Source: Takakia lepidozioides
Taxonomy: Eukaryota > Plantae > Bryophyta
NCBI GenBank assembly: GCA_030704615.1
Contig: CM060733.1
Span: 69,254,001-69,318,000 of the forward strand
Reading direction: 5' to 3'
DNA: 64,000 nt
The notes under the pieces were generated by a model, which did no database searches, was not told the origin of the DNA, and was given only the letters and a program-made list of their open reading frames with translations. Each line of letters starts with the position of its first letter. Position 1 is the stretch's first letter. Both the position numbers and the translations under genes were made by a program. This document shows positions 1-12,071 of this stretch, piece by piece.

Positions 1-2111
1 AATTACATCCAATATTCAGAATGATGACAAGCTTGTTTTCAGGAGAACAGTTTGCAATGGACACCTTAGGTGTGATAATTTGAATTGCAGACACTTTTTT
101 CAGTCTGGGGTTCATAATCAAAGCGAATGGGAGGGTCTGGCGGAAAATCCATTTCAGCTTGGGACTGCCCCACCACCGGCAAACACTTTCGTCTGCAAAT
201 TCTACAAACTTGTGTCATCCTGCTTGGCGCTCTGCGGATCAAGAATGTAATATGCTCTCCACTGTTTGAAAACAATGACAAGAGCTTGTGTGCATTTCGG
301 ATTCCATAACCATCCTGTCTCGAAGAGGGATTACAGGGAGAGTGTTGAGACAGTATCAAGGTTGATTAAACAGGAGTTCGGGAGAAACCCATCCGCAACA
401 ACATCTGCAATTGCTCTTGGTGCAAGCAAGTCCTTCTTGGAAAGCCATATTTTGAGTGAAGGGGATTCTGTGGGGACTAAACTTGACGGTGCAGCATTGG
501 ACCTGGTCATGGATCATTTCACCACTTTGAGTTCACCTAACATTCGGCATCAGATCAATGCATTAAGAATAGGCTCTGGTATCAGAGGCTACATAGACAA
601 CATTTTGGAGTTGAAACGAGTGAGCAAGTACGAATACATCCAGGACAATGTATTCCCAGGTCAAGGTGCCATCAAAGTTTTTCTTTTCAAAATGTCGACT
701 GTTGGGGAGGGCAGTGGGGTTAGCCTCATGAAGCGGATGCAGAAGACTGGGGACTTGCATAACTGTTTTCTTATGTTTGATCATGTGAAACGAGTGAAGG
801 ATTGGACGACAATGGCTTGTCATGTCTACGATCCAGTGTACCAACGAGTTATGACAATTGCAGTTTGTGACATGCAATCCGAGGATACGGAATCCGAGAA
901 GCTCATGTGGAATTCCCTGATACGTGTCATGGGCTGCCATGGGCTGCCATCTCCAAATTTCGCAGGTTTCATGGCGGATAGTGCTCAAGCAAATTTCAAT
1001 GCTGTTCGTATTGTCTTCGGATCGGGCGACCCAAAAATGCCAATGCGAGGAAGAGAGCATACATGTCTATTCCATTGGACACAATCTCTTGAAAAACATA
1101 CAAAGTCGGACATCAAACCAGAGATGCAGACTCAACACCGTAAATTGTGCAAAGAGTACAAAGATGCTAGAACAATGAAGGAGGCGGACACTTTGTTCCA
1201 GACAATTCGTGCCTGGTGGTTCTCTTCTGGAGCTGCATCACTTGAGAGTATAAGAGCATTGGAAGATTGGCTGGCATTTTGGCACTTCCGGTATAGACAG
1301 TGGGGAGCAGCCATGGCAGTGGTACGAGGCTTATATTTCTTGCTTTATTCATACATTTACTTTCCATTTTATTGTCTCATCGCTTTCTTTATGTTGTTTC
1401 CTGTTCACTGCGCCCTTACGAGATAAGGTTATTTAATTGAAGAATGAGGCACTTTCGCTCCAACCGTAAGCTTTTTTATGTTTGCAGAACATGTCCATTG
1501 AGGAAATGACGGACATGCCATCTTGCAATTTGGCAGAAACTGTGCACAACGCATGGTTGCAGCAGTCTAGGAAACGAGGTCGGGATTTGTATGTGGCAAC
1601 AACAGATGATTTGATACGTGCCTTGCAACAACAAACCCGATACCGTGATTTCTTGCGAGGTGGGGTTGGTGGCAAGGGTCCGGACAAATAGGAGTTGATG
1701 TTGCGTGCTACAAACAGATCTGGGGATCCAATCAAGATAGCACGGGCGGTGAGCATGTATGCCCAGGGAACGCCACTTGTTTCTAGAGTTCCACATCTTG
1801 AAAGGGAGGAGAGATTCGGCTCCTATAAGAGGAAATTGAACACTCCACCTGGTTCGGATTCCGATTTGCACAGGGTAGACCGTGATAACTTCTCGAAGCC
1901 TCGTGTTCCCCTGCATGACAACTCCATATCCGGAACCTCCATTCTAGAAGAATCTCCAACACGACGGCAAGCTCCAGCATCAAACAGTGCCACTGAAATG
2001 GTGCAGGAGAGAAACAATCCCCTTGATGTGCTTGAGTCCGCATGCCCCGACCACGTTTGGCACATAGAACGCACAAGTGCAGGGTCTCGTATGAAATGTA
2101 CAGCGATCAGG
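1..2111 (+). pseudogene. MULE (Mutator-like) DDE transposase, copy 1; starts before the window and is truncated by a CACTA insertion
   Basis: ORFs 266-1426, 1482-1691 and 1695-2126 contain FDHVKR (D), FMADSAQAN (D), CLFHW (CxxH) and NLAETVHNAW (E), plus N-terminal CVHFGFHNHP. Probable intron ~1322-1486, in-frame stop at 1689-1691. Clearly homologous to the transposase at 6291-9637; homology stops at CACTA 2112. Confidence 0.8.
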
Positions 2112-2830
2112 CACTACAACAGATGAGCGTTTTTATGACTTCACATATGACTATTTTTTCAGTCTTATATGCGTTCATGACTACATCACTCTGTAGTGAA
2201 AAAAGCCCTGTCATAGCGACTAGTCTTTAGGTTTGCGTTTTGCAAGTCATATCCATGACTGCTTGCGTGGCACCTGGAGTCCTGCTGCAGAGAGGGTTGC
2301 AGCCACAACTATATGACTAATATATGACTACATTGTCTGTTGAGCGCTGCCTACATGGAGAGGCTTCAGCGGGACACGTGCGCCACTGCGCAAGCGACAC
2401 GTCATGTATTCGTCAAGGGATCATATGACTATATGTCTGCAAAGTGATGCCTACATGGAGAGGCGACGGATGGACACGTGCGCCACTACGAATTTGACAT
2501 GTCACGACTTCTTGCCATGATCATATGACTACATGTCTGCACAGTGATGCCTACATGGAGAGGCGCTAGCGAGACACATGTGCTATGGCAGATTTCACAC
2601 GTGGTGACTACATGACTCGCTCATATGACTACAGGGATGTCTACATGGAGAGATATTAGCGGGACACCTGTTGCACTTGAGATGTGACATGTGGCACACA
2701 GACAAAATATATGACTAGCATATATGACTACGGATCTTTACACGTGGTGAAAATATGGATAAAGAATGTCGTGTTATATACTGCCACGTGTTCTGGTTTG
2801 AGCAAGAGTGATGCCACGTGTCATCAAGAT
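2112..2830. repeat. CACTA left TIR and subterminal repeats
   Basis: Many (AT)ATGACTA motifs. TGCCTACATGGAGAGG occurs at 2348, 2448 and 2548 (100-bp period), with a variant at 2638. Confidence 0.8.
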
Positions 2831-3288
2831 TGTTTTCCGAAATAGTTTATATTTTTAATGTTCATATTTTAATTTTTAGTTTTCATTTAATATTTAAAAG
2901 AACAGGGAGATTGCAGCCTTGGATTTTTTTTTAATGGTATTATTTTTAATATTACTATTTTAAATGAAAGTGAATTAAATGATTTAAAATCTTCATTACA
3001 TGGTGAAATTCCAACATGAAAACAGAATGGATCCCTCCTGCATACTATCAACCACAAGGAGAATGAAAATAGTCAACTACAGGGCAATACAAGCCCTATA
3101 AATCACATTACAAAAATCCAAATGAGACCAATATCCCAATGGACACCTCAAAAGCCACAAGGTCAAAAAATCCATGCCTCAAAAGGCCCAGCCAAAAACA
3201 AGCAAGCCCACACATGGGCTGAATTGTTGTAGCTAGTATGTTCTAGTGCTATTAGAATCAAGAACTCTGTTAAACAGTGCAATACTAA

Positions 3289-5440
3289 CTATCCCTTCCG
3301 CAGCTCCATAAGTTTCAGTAACTTTAGACTCCAAAGTGTTGTCTGGCCAACCACCTGCCCCAACTCGGTCTGTTTCCTAACACCATTCACATATGGTAGA
3401 GGGGTGTTACTCACACATGCCTCTTTGATGTACACACAGGCATAATCAAGGGGCACAACAGGGTACCCGTAACCCACCACAGCACCTTGAAGAGCAACAA
3501 TCAGCCCTACTCCACATTTCTTGCGTTTGGAGTTCACATCCAACAGCCGAACCTCGTCACCCACCCTGAACTGTGATCCCAACTCCACACAAAAAAGAAC
3601 ACGATGTGAAAACCCATGACATACACATGACTAGGACACTCAACATTTGCGAGTTAAAGAGAGCCCCAAGGTTGGAAAAAATATAACAGACAAGACAACG
3701 GCCTGGACTTACTCCATTTGCAGTCTCCAGTGGTGGTGAGACCTCTTTTGGGGGGCTACTCGCCGGGTCGACACTCTTGCCCCTCGTCTGTACCGGCTTG
3801 TCGACAATATCACCTTTGTTTGTCACAAGTTCCTGTGTCACAGACCAGAGATCAACCAGGAAAGCAATGAGCAAACAGGAATAGTGAATAGAAACAAAAT
3901 CCAAGTATGAATCAAACAAAAAAAGCCAACATGAAAAGCTGCAAAGAAAACCTAGCATTAATCAAGCAACCGAGGAGAAGCATCCAGGAAAGCAATGCAA
4001 TGAATGAACCCACAAAAATGTAGCCTCTGGAGCACTGTCAGAATGTTTGTACCTTCACAGTAGCAGTGTTGTATGGTTGTTGTCCGAAAACAGGCTGAGA
4101 CTCCAAAAACTTGGGAATACTGGCAGCTTTCGATGCCTTCCACAAGAAAAGCCACAACACCTCTGTTAGATACTCATCAATTGGTGAATCTGGTTGCACC
4201 TTCCATGGCTCTGGAAAAATCCCACTGAAGGGAGGATTGTTTGCCGCCTTTCTTGGTGTGTCGTCAACAAGAACAGTGTCCTCATAAGTCCATTCTGGCC
4301 AGTCTGCCCACACTGTAGACAAGTTCTTGAAATATAATGGCTTTGAATCAGACCCCTTACGGCATGGGAGGACTGGATCCTCGTCACAGTGAAGGGCATC
4401 CCACTGGAAAACCAGGTTAGTGTGGGCTGCAAAAATATAGTCCACCATTGGGAAGAAGTTGCGAGCTTGGCAACAAGACCACACCGCCACCTCAAAGTGT
4501 TCAAAACACTTTTGCAAAAAGTCATAACAGCGTGGTCTCAAAACTACCATCTTCTTGCCACACATCTTCCCCACAAAACCTTTGGGAAGGGAAGCAGGCC
4601 CATTAGCAGAATGAAAAGATTCACACAACAGACCATTTAAGTCCAGAATTAGTAAATGCTTCCTCGTTGGTCCAGGAAGTAAACTGACATTTGGCTTCAA
4701 CATGTGAGCAGGAGAAATTAAAGCAACCTGCTTGTTTGTTTTGTCCCCGTCTGCATCTTCCTCCCCATCTAAACTCCCACATACCTGCATACCAGAATCC
4801 GGTGTGCCCGGTGGCTCTGTCACCATTGCCCCCTGGACTGCTACTGCCTTTGTACGTGGCAAGGGCTGAATTTCCACGTGTACCTCACAGCTGGCCTTCC
4901 CTGTATCCTGCTGCTGCTCGGTCAAATTCAAAAGATCATCAGTGACAGGAAGACATAAGGGCTTAGAGTGAGCACCAGTTACCGTCTGAAATTGGGATTC
5001 CAAACATTTTGATATTGTCACAGCAGACGTATCCATCGTAGATGTCACTGGTCCTGCGCCTGGTAGATTAATCCCCAATCTGGTCACAATGGCTTTCTGG
5101 TACTCAATCATACTCTGCATCTGTAATTTTAATTCTGCCATGTCACGTCCTTGTGATTCCACCAGTTTGTCCAAGCCATCCATCCTGCCAACTACTGTAG
5201 AATATGCGAGACTTCCCTCCTGCCAATCCATGAAACTTGCCCAAGTATGAATCAAACCAAAAAAACCTAGCATGAACAACCATTGGAAAGAAAACCCAGG
5301 CCAAAAGCCGTGAAAAAAACCCTAGCAACCTATGATGCAGCAACCACTCTAGCAAACGTGGAAAACACACTTACCCGCCTGTCACTCCCAGCTGACAACC
5401 GTGACACTGAACCCTCTTGAATTTCATATAATGTAGGAGG
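3289..5440 (-). CDS. 3' exons of the CACTA TnpA-like gene: coiled coil, FCP1/NIF-like HAD phosphatase domain and TNP1-like C-terminal domain
   Basis: GT-AG, phase-0 exons 5440-5375, 5219-4053 and 3832-3713, and a last exon ending at 3289. Motifs LLILDLNGLL, LRPRCYDFLQKCFEHFEVAVWS, KNLSTVW and VLVDDTPRKAANNP (HAD/NIF). The last exon (GDEVRLLD..TPLPY..LGQVVGQTTLW) resembles TNP1/EnSpm C-terminal domains. Confidence 0.7.
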
Positions 5441-6290
5441 GCACCCTGAGAGGTTTACTATTTCATGAGCAGAAACCATGAGCCATGAGCCATGAGCCGC
5501 ATGAGCGGTGAGCCGAAGTCTAAGATACGCGGATTTCATGAGCGGACTCCTCCAAATTTGGAAATGCGGCAGATTAAACAAGTATTAAAATAATAGTTTT
5601 TTATTTGACCTTGCCGTTTTTGGACGTTCCAGATCATGTAATGCGGCGAAGATATGTCGTCAGTAACAAGTCCGCTCATGGTTTTTAGATCCGCTCATGG
5701 AAATAAGTGACCGTGCAACGGGAAATCCAGTATACCACTGCAACAGGACGTCGCATACTGGCCTGTATAGAGTATTCCGCGGTTTTACATGCCTTAACAT
5801 TGGAATGAAACTGACCCTTTTGCCGCGATTTAACTAATGGAGTCTGCACCAATAGAGTCTGCAGTACTTCACAATTCTGTCTTCTTCGGGTATTCGGCGG
5901 GAAAGGTTTGCAACTGAACTGGGAAATAAGGTGCCGCATTAGGGTTCGCACGTGCGAAATTTCGGAGCGGTTTGGTGTTGGCGAAGGCCGCCTCTACCAG
6001 TACCTACGACGATACTTGGAAATGCGGCGCCGCATTTCCTTGTCGGAGGTCGAATGAGGAAAGCAAGTTTTCGGAAAGCAGAAAAACATGAACCCTCCAA
6101 CATACAAAAATACATGCACGTGGAAACAAGTGAACGATATAGTAATATCTTAGTTCGAGCAAAACAGGTTACTGGTAGGCAAGACATATGTCGGACCTTT
6201 CTGTGGCCAGAGTCTGAGGTACTGGCAGCAGTACAGTTCTACTATCCGAAAAGGATGGGCGTACCATTGTATTGGGACCGCAAGCCAAGC

Positions 6291-9200
6291 TCACTGGTCC
6301 CCTGGATCCATATTCAGAAGAGTGTGAACCTCATGGGGGCTCAACCCTGGTGCATGTATGAAGTGATGAGTTGTGGAATTACAACGGAGTCTCTTTAGGT
6401 ACACGTAGTACAAATGCTTGCAAGGGCAGTATGATGCCCCCTTGTTCGCCATGATCTGGAAGTCGGTGCAATTGCAGGTGGGTAATTCTGAAATGGTGAT
6501 GGTGTACACCTCATTGCGAACAGCTGAGCCTGCCGTGGCCATCTGATACACACGCCCGAATCCTGGTGGGGGCACTTCTGTCGAGCTCTGGATTGTACAG
6601 TTCATCCGAAGTGCATTCCCCATCCTTGTCTCGTTCACTTTTGAGGGAGGTCGCCGCCTCTTCGGTTTCCCCCAACGGTGTGTAGGATGCTTAGAGCTGT
6701 CGTGTCCCATTGTTCTTGCTCTCACAGGGGTCGGTGGTGGAGGCTGTGGAAGCGGAAATGGTTGTCTGGGGACGTCAGTGCGCTGCACCATCCAAAATCC
6801 TACGGCGGTAAGGGCGTCGGCCTCAACCTGACTCAGATCGCAGCCTGGTTCCACCGGCCACACCGGGGGAGCCTCTGGCATTGTTTGTATGCCGTACTTG
6901 GGCTTTCCATACACGCAAGTCATAATGTCGTGCCTGCAGAACCAGAACTGGGTGGTTGTCGCCTCCGCAAACTTTGCATGGACAAATCTTCCTGTAAAAG
7001 TAGAAGCAGGGACAACCCCATCTGGATTCCTCCTTATCATCTCTAAACAACGTTGCCGTGTATCCACACGAATTGCGGAACACCTTCCTCGAAACGACGG
7101 CTTTGTGCGAGCAATTCTCCACTGTGATGCAGACACAGTCGTCTCCACAATGGCTTGGCCATACTGCATAACAGCGGGCGGAATCTGGGGCAAGGGAGCG
7201 GTGGGAATTTCTCGCACGAAATCCCCGGTTGAAGGCGACGGCGATCTGGAATTTCTTGGGCTTCCACTGCTGGAAGACACATTGTGCGGCAACATGACGG
7301 GACCTCGAGGTGCTGTCCGAATGTTCCTGTCGGATCTCCAGGAATCCTCTTCGCACCCGGGTTCCTCTTCAATCCTCCGCCTCACAGGGCGAGTCCGGAC
7401 GTCCCCCTCTAGGTGTTCACCTCTGCGGTGCAGAGGCGTCCCTTTGATCTTCTCTCGCAATGCTGTCGCCCATTTCAGTGGATTCTTGGACCTCGAAGCT
7501 ATTCGTACCAACAATTCCTCCCTGTCCGGCCCAAAGCCCCATTGTTTGCCGCTCACAACTTGTAGTACGTGGCTTGCTGCATGATTGCTCTGTCGATGTC
7601 CTCCGTTGTGGCCGTCACTACGTCCACCAGATGTGCGGCAGAAGACGCTCGCCAGGAGGAGTGGACCGATTCTGCCATATTCGTGTTCGGCATGTCCGTG
7701 TCGGAATCCAAGCACCGCTCCTAGAAGGACACAAACAATGGTGAGGGACCAATCGAAATGTCCGTAACAGAAAGACAAATGAACGAAAATGACAGCAGCC
7801 TACCTCCCGCATGTACTGTCCGAACTGTCGATACCGAAAATGCCACCACCCCAACCAGCTGTGCAATGCTCCCAGATTGGTTGTCTCCACTGCACCTGAC
7901 GTGTTCCACCAAGCCTCGATGATAGCAAACTTAACCTCCGCGTCATCAAATGTGGGTGCATCCTTCCACGCCGTACAAAGGACACGGTGTTCAGCCTGGA
8001 ATGAGCTAGCAACAAATTTGGTAGTGTAGTGGGATAGACTCTGCATCCAATGGAATCCACAGGATCTCTCTTTCCCCTCCATTGGAACATTGGGGTCCTC
8101 ACCGTACACACGCCGCACCGCTGCCCAGTTGGCCTGAGCGTTGTCTGCCATGAATCCCCTGAAATTGGGCTCTGGCAATCCCGCCCTTGCCATCTGCTCG
8201 TTTATGCCCTCCCACAGATGCATCTCGGACTGTGTGTCCTCCCCTTTCATCTCGCAGATTGCAATCGTCATGAGCCTCTTGGAGTGATAGTCATAAACAT
8301 GCGCACCCATAGTCACCCACTGATGGTTTGTAATTCGCTTGATGTGATCAAACATCACCCAAGCATTCGACAAGTTTCCAGTTGTCATGCGAGTGACCAA
8401 GTCGACTCCACTCCCAGGCCCACACGTCGACATTTTGAAAATGTAACAACGATCGGATTCGCTGCCTTGCCCTGGAAACCTGCTACCTTGGATGTAGTCA
8501 TATCCAGTCATTCGTTTCACCTCCAGGATTGAGTACATGTCCGACCCCCTGCCGAACTCCTGCTTGCAAGATACGATGTGATTCCGCACATTCGGACTAC
8601 AAACGTGCGAGACGGACTCCAAGAGGTCACGCATCTCGTCTTCGGTCAAGGGCTCTCGGTCGGAACCATCTTCAGACATGATTTTGCCAAGAGCAATCTT
8701 GTGGGCTGCCTTCAGCTGAATCTGCTTTGGTCTGGCTCCGGGGCTCAATTTCACCTCCTCTTTTATGATGTCGTGTGCTTCCTGCACAGCCTCACGCATG
8801 TTGCCTCTCGCCAAGGGGTGGCAGTGGACCCCAACGTGTATGCAAGCTCTAGTCAAGTCCGGGAGCAAATGGATTACGTAATATTGCTTGGCTCTGCACA
8901 TGGACATGCACGTCGGTGGTTCTTTGCAATGTGCACACTTGAAAGAACCCGCAGGAGCTTGGCTGGAGACAATGAATGGATGATGCGTTGTGCCAGTCCA
9001 ATCCGTCTCGTTTCTCCGCCCTCCTTTGGAGAGAAAGTGGAAGCAGGTGGGATTGAGGCACCTCAGCTTCCCCGCACAGAGGACATATCGTACACGAACA
9101 CCATCAGCAATTTTCGTGCTACTGGTCTTCGTCACACACCAGGGGTGTCCGTCATGCTTTCGATCCATGTCTGTTAACATCCCGGAGGCTTTGTTTGACG

Positions 9201-9637
9201 AAGAAACAGGTGGAAACTCGAAAGATGACATTGCCATCGACTTCGGGAGGCAGAAACGTTACCTTTCTGACTGGGAATTTGGCATAGTCGAGAGCAGCCA
9301 GCTCGGAGCGAGAACCATCGAGGTGATGTTGTCGTAGGAGCTGCACAATGGACCGGGTTGGAGTTATGCTCGAGGGCACATGCGTAGCACCTACAGAGAC
9401 GTCCATGCCGGATTTGAACGACCGTGTGGAGGACATGGGTACCTCAATGCAATCATCTTCCTCGTCGGAAATGTCGAATACGTCCACACGAGAAGCTATG
9501 GAGGGTCTTGACGGTCCAGGTCGGGAATGATTATCGTTGCATACCTCTCTGTTGGCAGTGGCCGCCTGTCGGTTTCCGGACTCCTTTGTGGATGGTGTGG
9601 GCAGCGACTGATTCGGAAAGGGAATGGGCATTCCCAC
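6291..9637 (-). pseudogene. MULE transposase with GCM/WRKY-like Zn domain, DDE core and C-terminal SWIM finger; at least two frameshifts
   Basis: N-terminal DGHPW..CAGKLRCLNPTC..CAHC..C..CIHVGVHCHP. Catalytic FDHIKR, FMADNAQAN, CGFHW and, after intron 7803-7721, NMAESVH. SWIM CNCTDF..CKHLYYV. Frameshifts near 9225 and 7560; the start is approximate. Confidence 0.85.
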
Positions 9638-10304
9638 AGCTCTCTGATGGGGGTACGTGCCATTCGATTCCGCAACCTCCGTCGTTACCTAGCACGACAA
9701 TGGTCTCGTCAACCTGTCCAGGAACATCCTTCCTTTCTTCTTCCAAATAAACTGTGCCCGGTTTGAGCTTGAATTGAATGGAACAAAGGTAAGTTTCAGT
9801 CACTCTGCAAAGTCCTCCCTCGTTTGGGATCCAGGCTCTCCCAAGTTGCGGAGGACAGCAAACTATAGCGTAGGAATTCGGAGCCATCGAACACCGCACG
9901 AAGTTGGCAAGTGCGAGGTTCAGTATAGCGACAGACCAAGGCTCACAGGCACCATGCGGAGTCCATCGACGATTGGAAGTCGCACATTGAAGTGGAAAGT
10001 ATTGTTTCAAGCTACATGCATGAAGGTGGGAGGTGTGATTCCATAGCCAGTAAGTATGACAATGATGGCCGATTCGGCGACGAAATAACATCTCCTGACA
10101 GTTTCTCCTGAGGGTGGATCCAGCAGTATTCTCGGTGCAGACAGGAACGTTCGCACTGACAAGTGCCAGTACTGTTAGTTAAAACGGTCAGACAACCAAG
10201 TTGTGCTCATCAAGACTGGCCGCAATTGTGTTGTTTCGGAACAATGCAACCCATTCAGGTTCCAGATTTCCCGTCCCGAGTGATTCTTTCGATTGCTGGT
10301 GGAC

Positions 10305-11636
10305 GGAAATACGGCGCCGCATTTCCGTATTGCATCTTGGTCATGCACCAGAGCGACGGAAATGCGGCACCGAGTTTCCGTGGGGGAAACCTTTATACTC
10401 TCCAGAACGGAAATGCGGTAACGCATTTCCATCCAGCAAGCACGGTATGTGAAGGTGGTACGAAAATGCGGTAACGCATTTCCATCCAGCAAGCACGGTA
10501 TGTGAAGGTGGAACGGAAATGCGGTACCGCATTTCCGTTCTGATTGAGAATTATGAACAACGGGAACAGAAATGCGGCACCGCATTTCCGTCCGAGTCGC
10601 ACTTTCCGACATTCCAGAACGGAAATGCGGCGCCGCATTTCCATTTTGTATCTGATGCATGGAGCCGAGTGCAATTCCGACCGCTTGAGACATTCATACT
10701 ATCCAGAATGGAAATGCGGTACCACATTTCCGTTCTGACTGAAAATCGTGAACCATCGGACTGAAATGCGGCAGCGCATTTCCATCCGAGTCGCACCTCC
10801 CAACATTCCAGAACGCAAATGCGGCACCGCATTTCTGTTCTGATGAAAATCGTGAACATCGGAACTGAATGCGGTACCGCATTTCCGTCGGAGTCGCACC
10901 TTCCGACATTCCAAAACGGAAATGCGGCGCCGCATTTCCGTTTTGTATGTGAGGCATGGAGCTGTGGAACGAAAATGCGGCACCGCATTTCCGCCAGGGT
11001 CAGACCTTAATACTCTACAGAACGGAAATGCGCTACCGCATTTCCGTTCTGACTGAAAATCGTGAACAACGGGAACAGAAATGCGGCACCGCATTTCCGT
11101 CCGAGTCGCACCTTCCGACATTCTAGAACGGAAATGCGGCGCCGCATTTCCGTTTTGTATATGAGGCCTGGAGCTGTGGGACGGAAATGTGGTGCCGCAT
11201 TTCCATCCATGTGAGACCTTCAAACTTTCCAGAACGGAAATGCGGCACCGCATTTCTGTTCAGGTGAGACCTCTATACTTTCCCGAACGGAAATGTGGCA
11301 CGACATTTCCGTTCATCAACTAAGGTATGTGAAGGGGAACGGAAATGCGGTACCGTATTTCGTTCACATTGAAAATCATGACCACGGGAACTGAAATGTT
11401 GTGCCGCATTTCCGTCCGAATCGCACCTTTCGACATTCCAGAACGGAAATGCGGCGCCGCATTTCCCTTTTGTATCTCATACATGGAGCTGTGGGACGGA
11501 AATGCGGCACCGTATTTCCGTTCAACAACTAAGGTATGTGAAGGTGGAACGGAAATGCGGTGCCGCATTTTCTTCCAACAAGTACGGATGTGTAGCTTCG
11601 TGATGGTACTTAACGGAAATGCGGCGCCGCATTCGC
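10305..11636. repeat. Array of ~25 copies of the 22-bp palindrome GGAAATGCGG(C/T)(G/A)CCGCATTTCC with ~31-bp spacers (53-bp period)
   Basis: Copies start at e.g. 10515, 10568, 10621; 10918, 10971, 11024, 11077, 11130, 11183, 11236, 11289; 11445, 11498, 11551. Spacers fall into a few recurring sequence types. Confidence 0.95.
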
Positions 11637-12071
11637 ATTTTCACTCCAACTCATCAGACGCTGGGACAGAAATGCCTTGAAATGTGAACACGTGGAGCAA
11701 CGGAATTGCGGCACATGTCTGCACTCTATCTGACTGAAGTGGCATGAGGCGGCGCGGCCTGACCGTTGGATAATGATGTTTGTTTTTCGGACGGCAGGCG
11801 TACCCTGAACGATTCGAATTTCGTAATGACGCAAAGTCCACGAGGAGACACTTTCGTCCAACCCTTTCGAACCCAAGTGGTGCATCACCGCCGTTTTATC
11901 TACTTTTGTCGTGTCTCCTCAGTCACCCCTCTCGCGCCCTTTCCATCTGCACTCTTTGCCTTTTTTCCCTGTCTCTGTTCTTCTTATGCTCGAACCTGAG
12001 AGGGGGGGAGTTCGTGCACCATACAGAAGACCTCGTCGCAAGCTCCGAAATTATACTTCGGACGTAGGCCA

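Noticed and set aside
10305-11636. CRISPR array (palindromic repeat with constant-length spacers)
   Set aside because: Spacers recur within the array, repeats are degenerate, there are no cas genes, and the context is a eukaryotic transposon.
10163-11888. Numerous overlapping ORFs on both strands (MRCRIS/GNAAPHF/KCGAAF repeats), also at 17.1-18.1 kb
   Set aside because: Translation by-products of a stop-free palindromic repeat.
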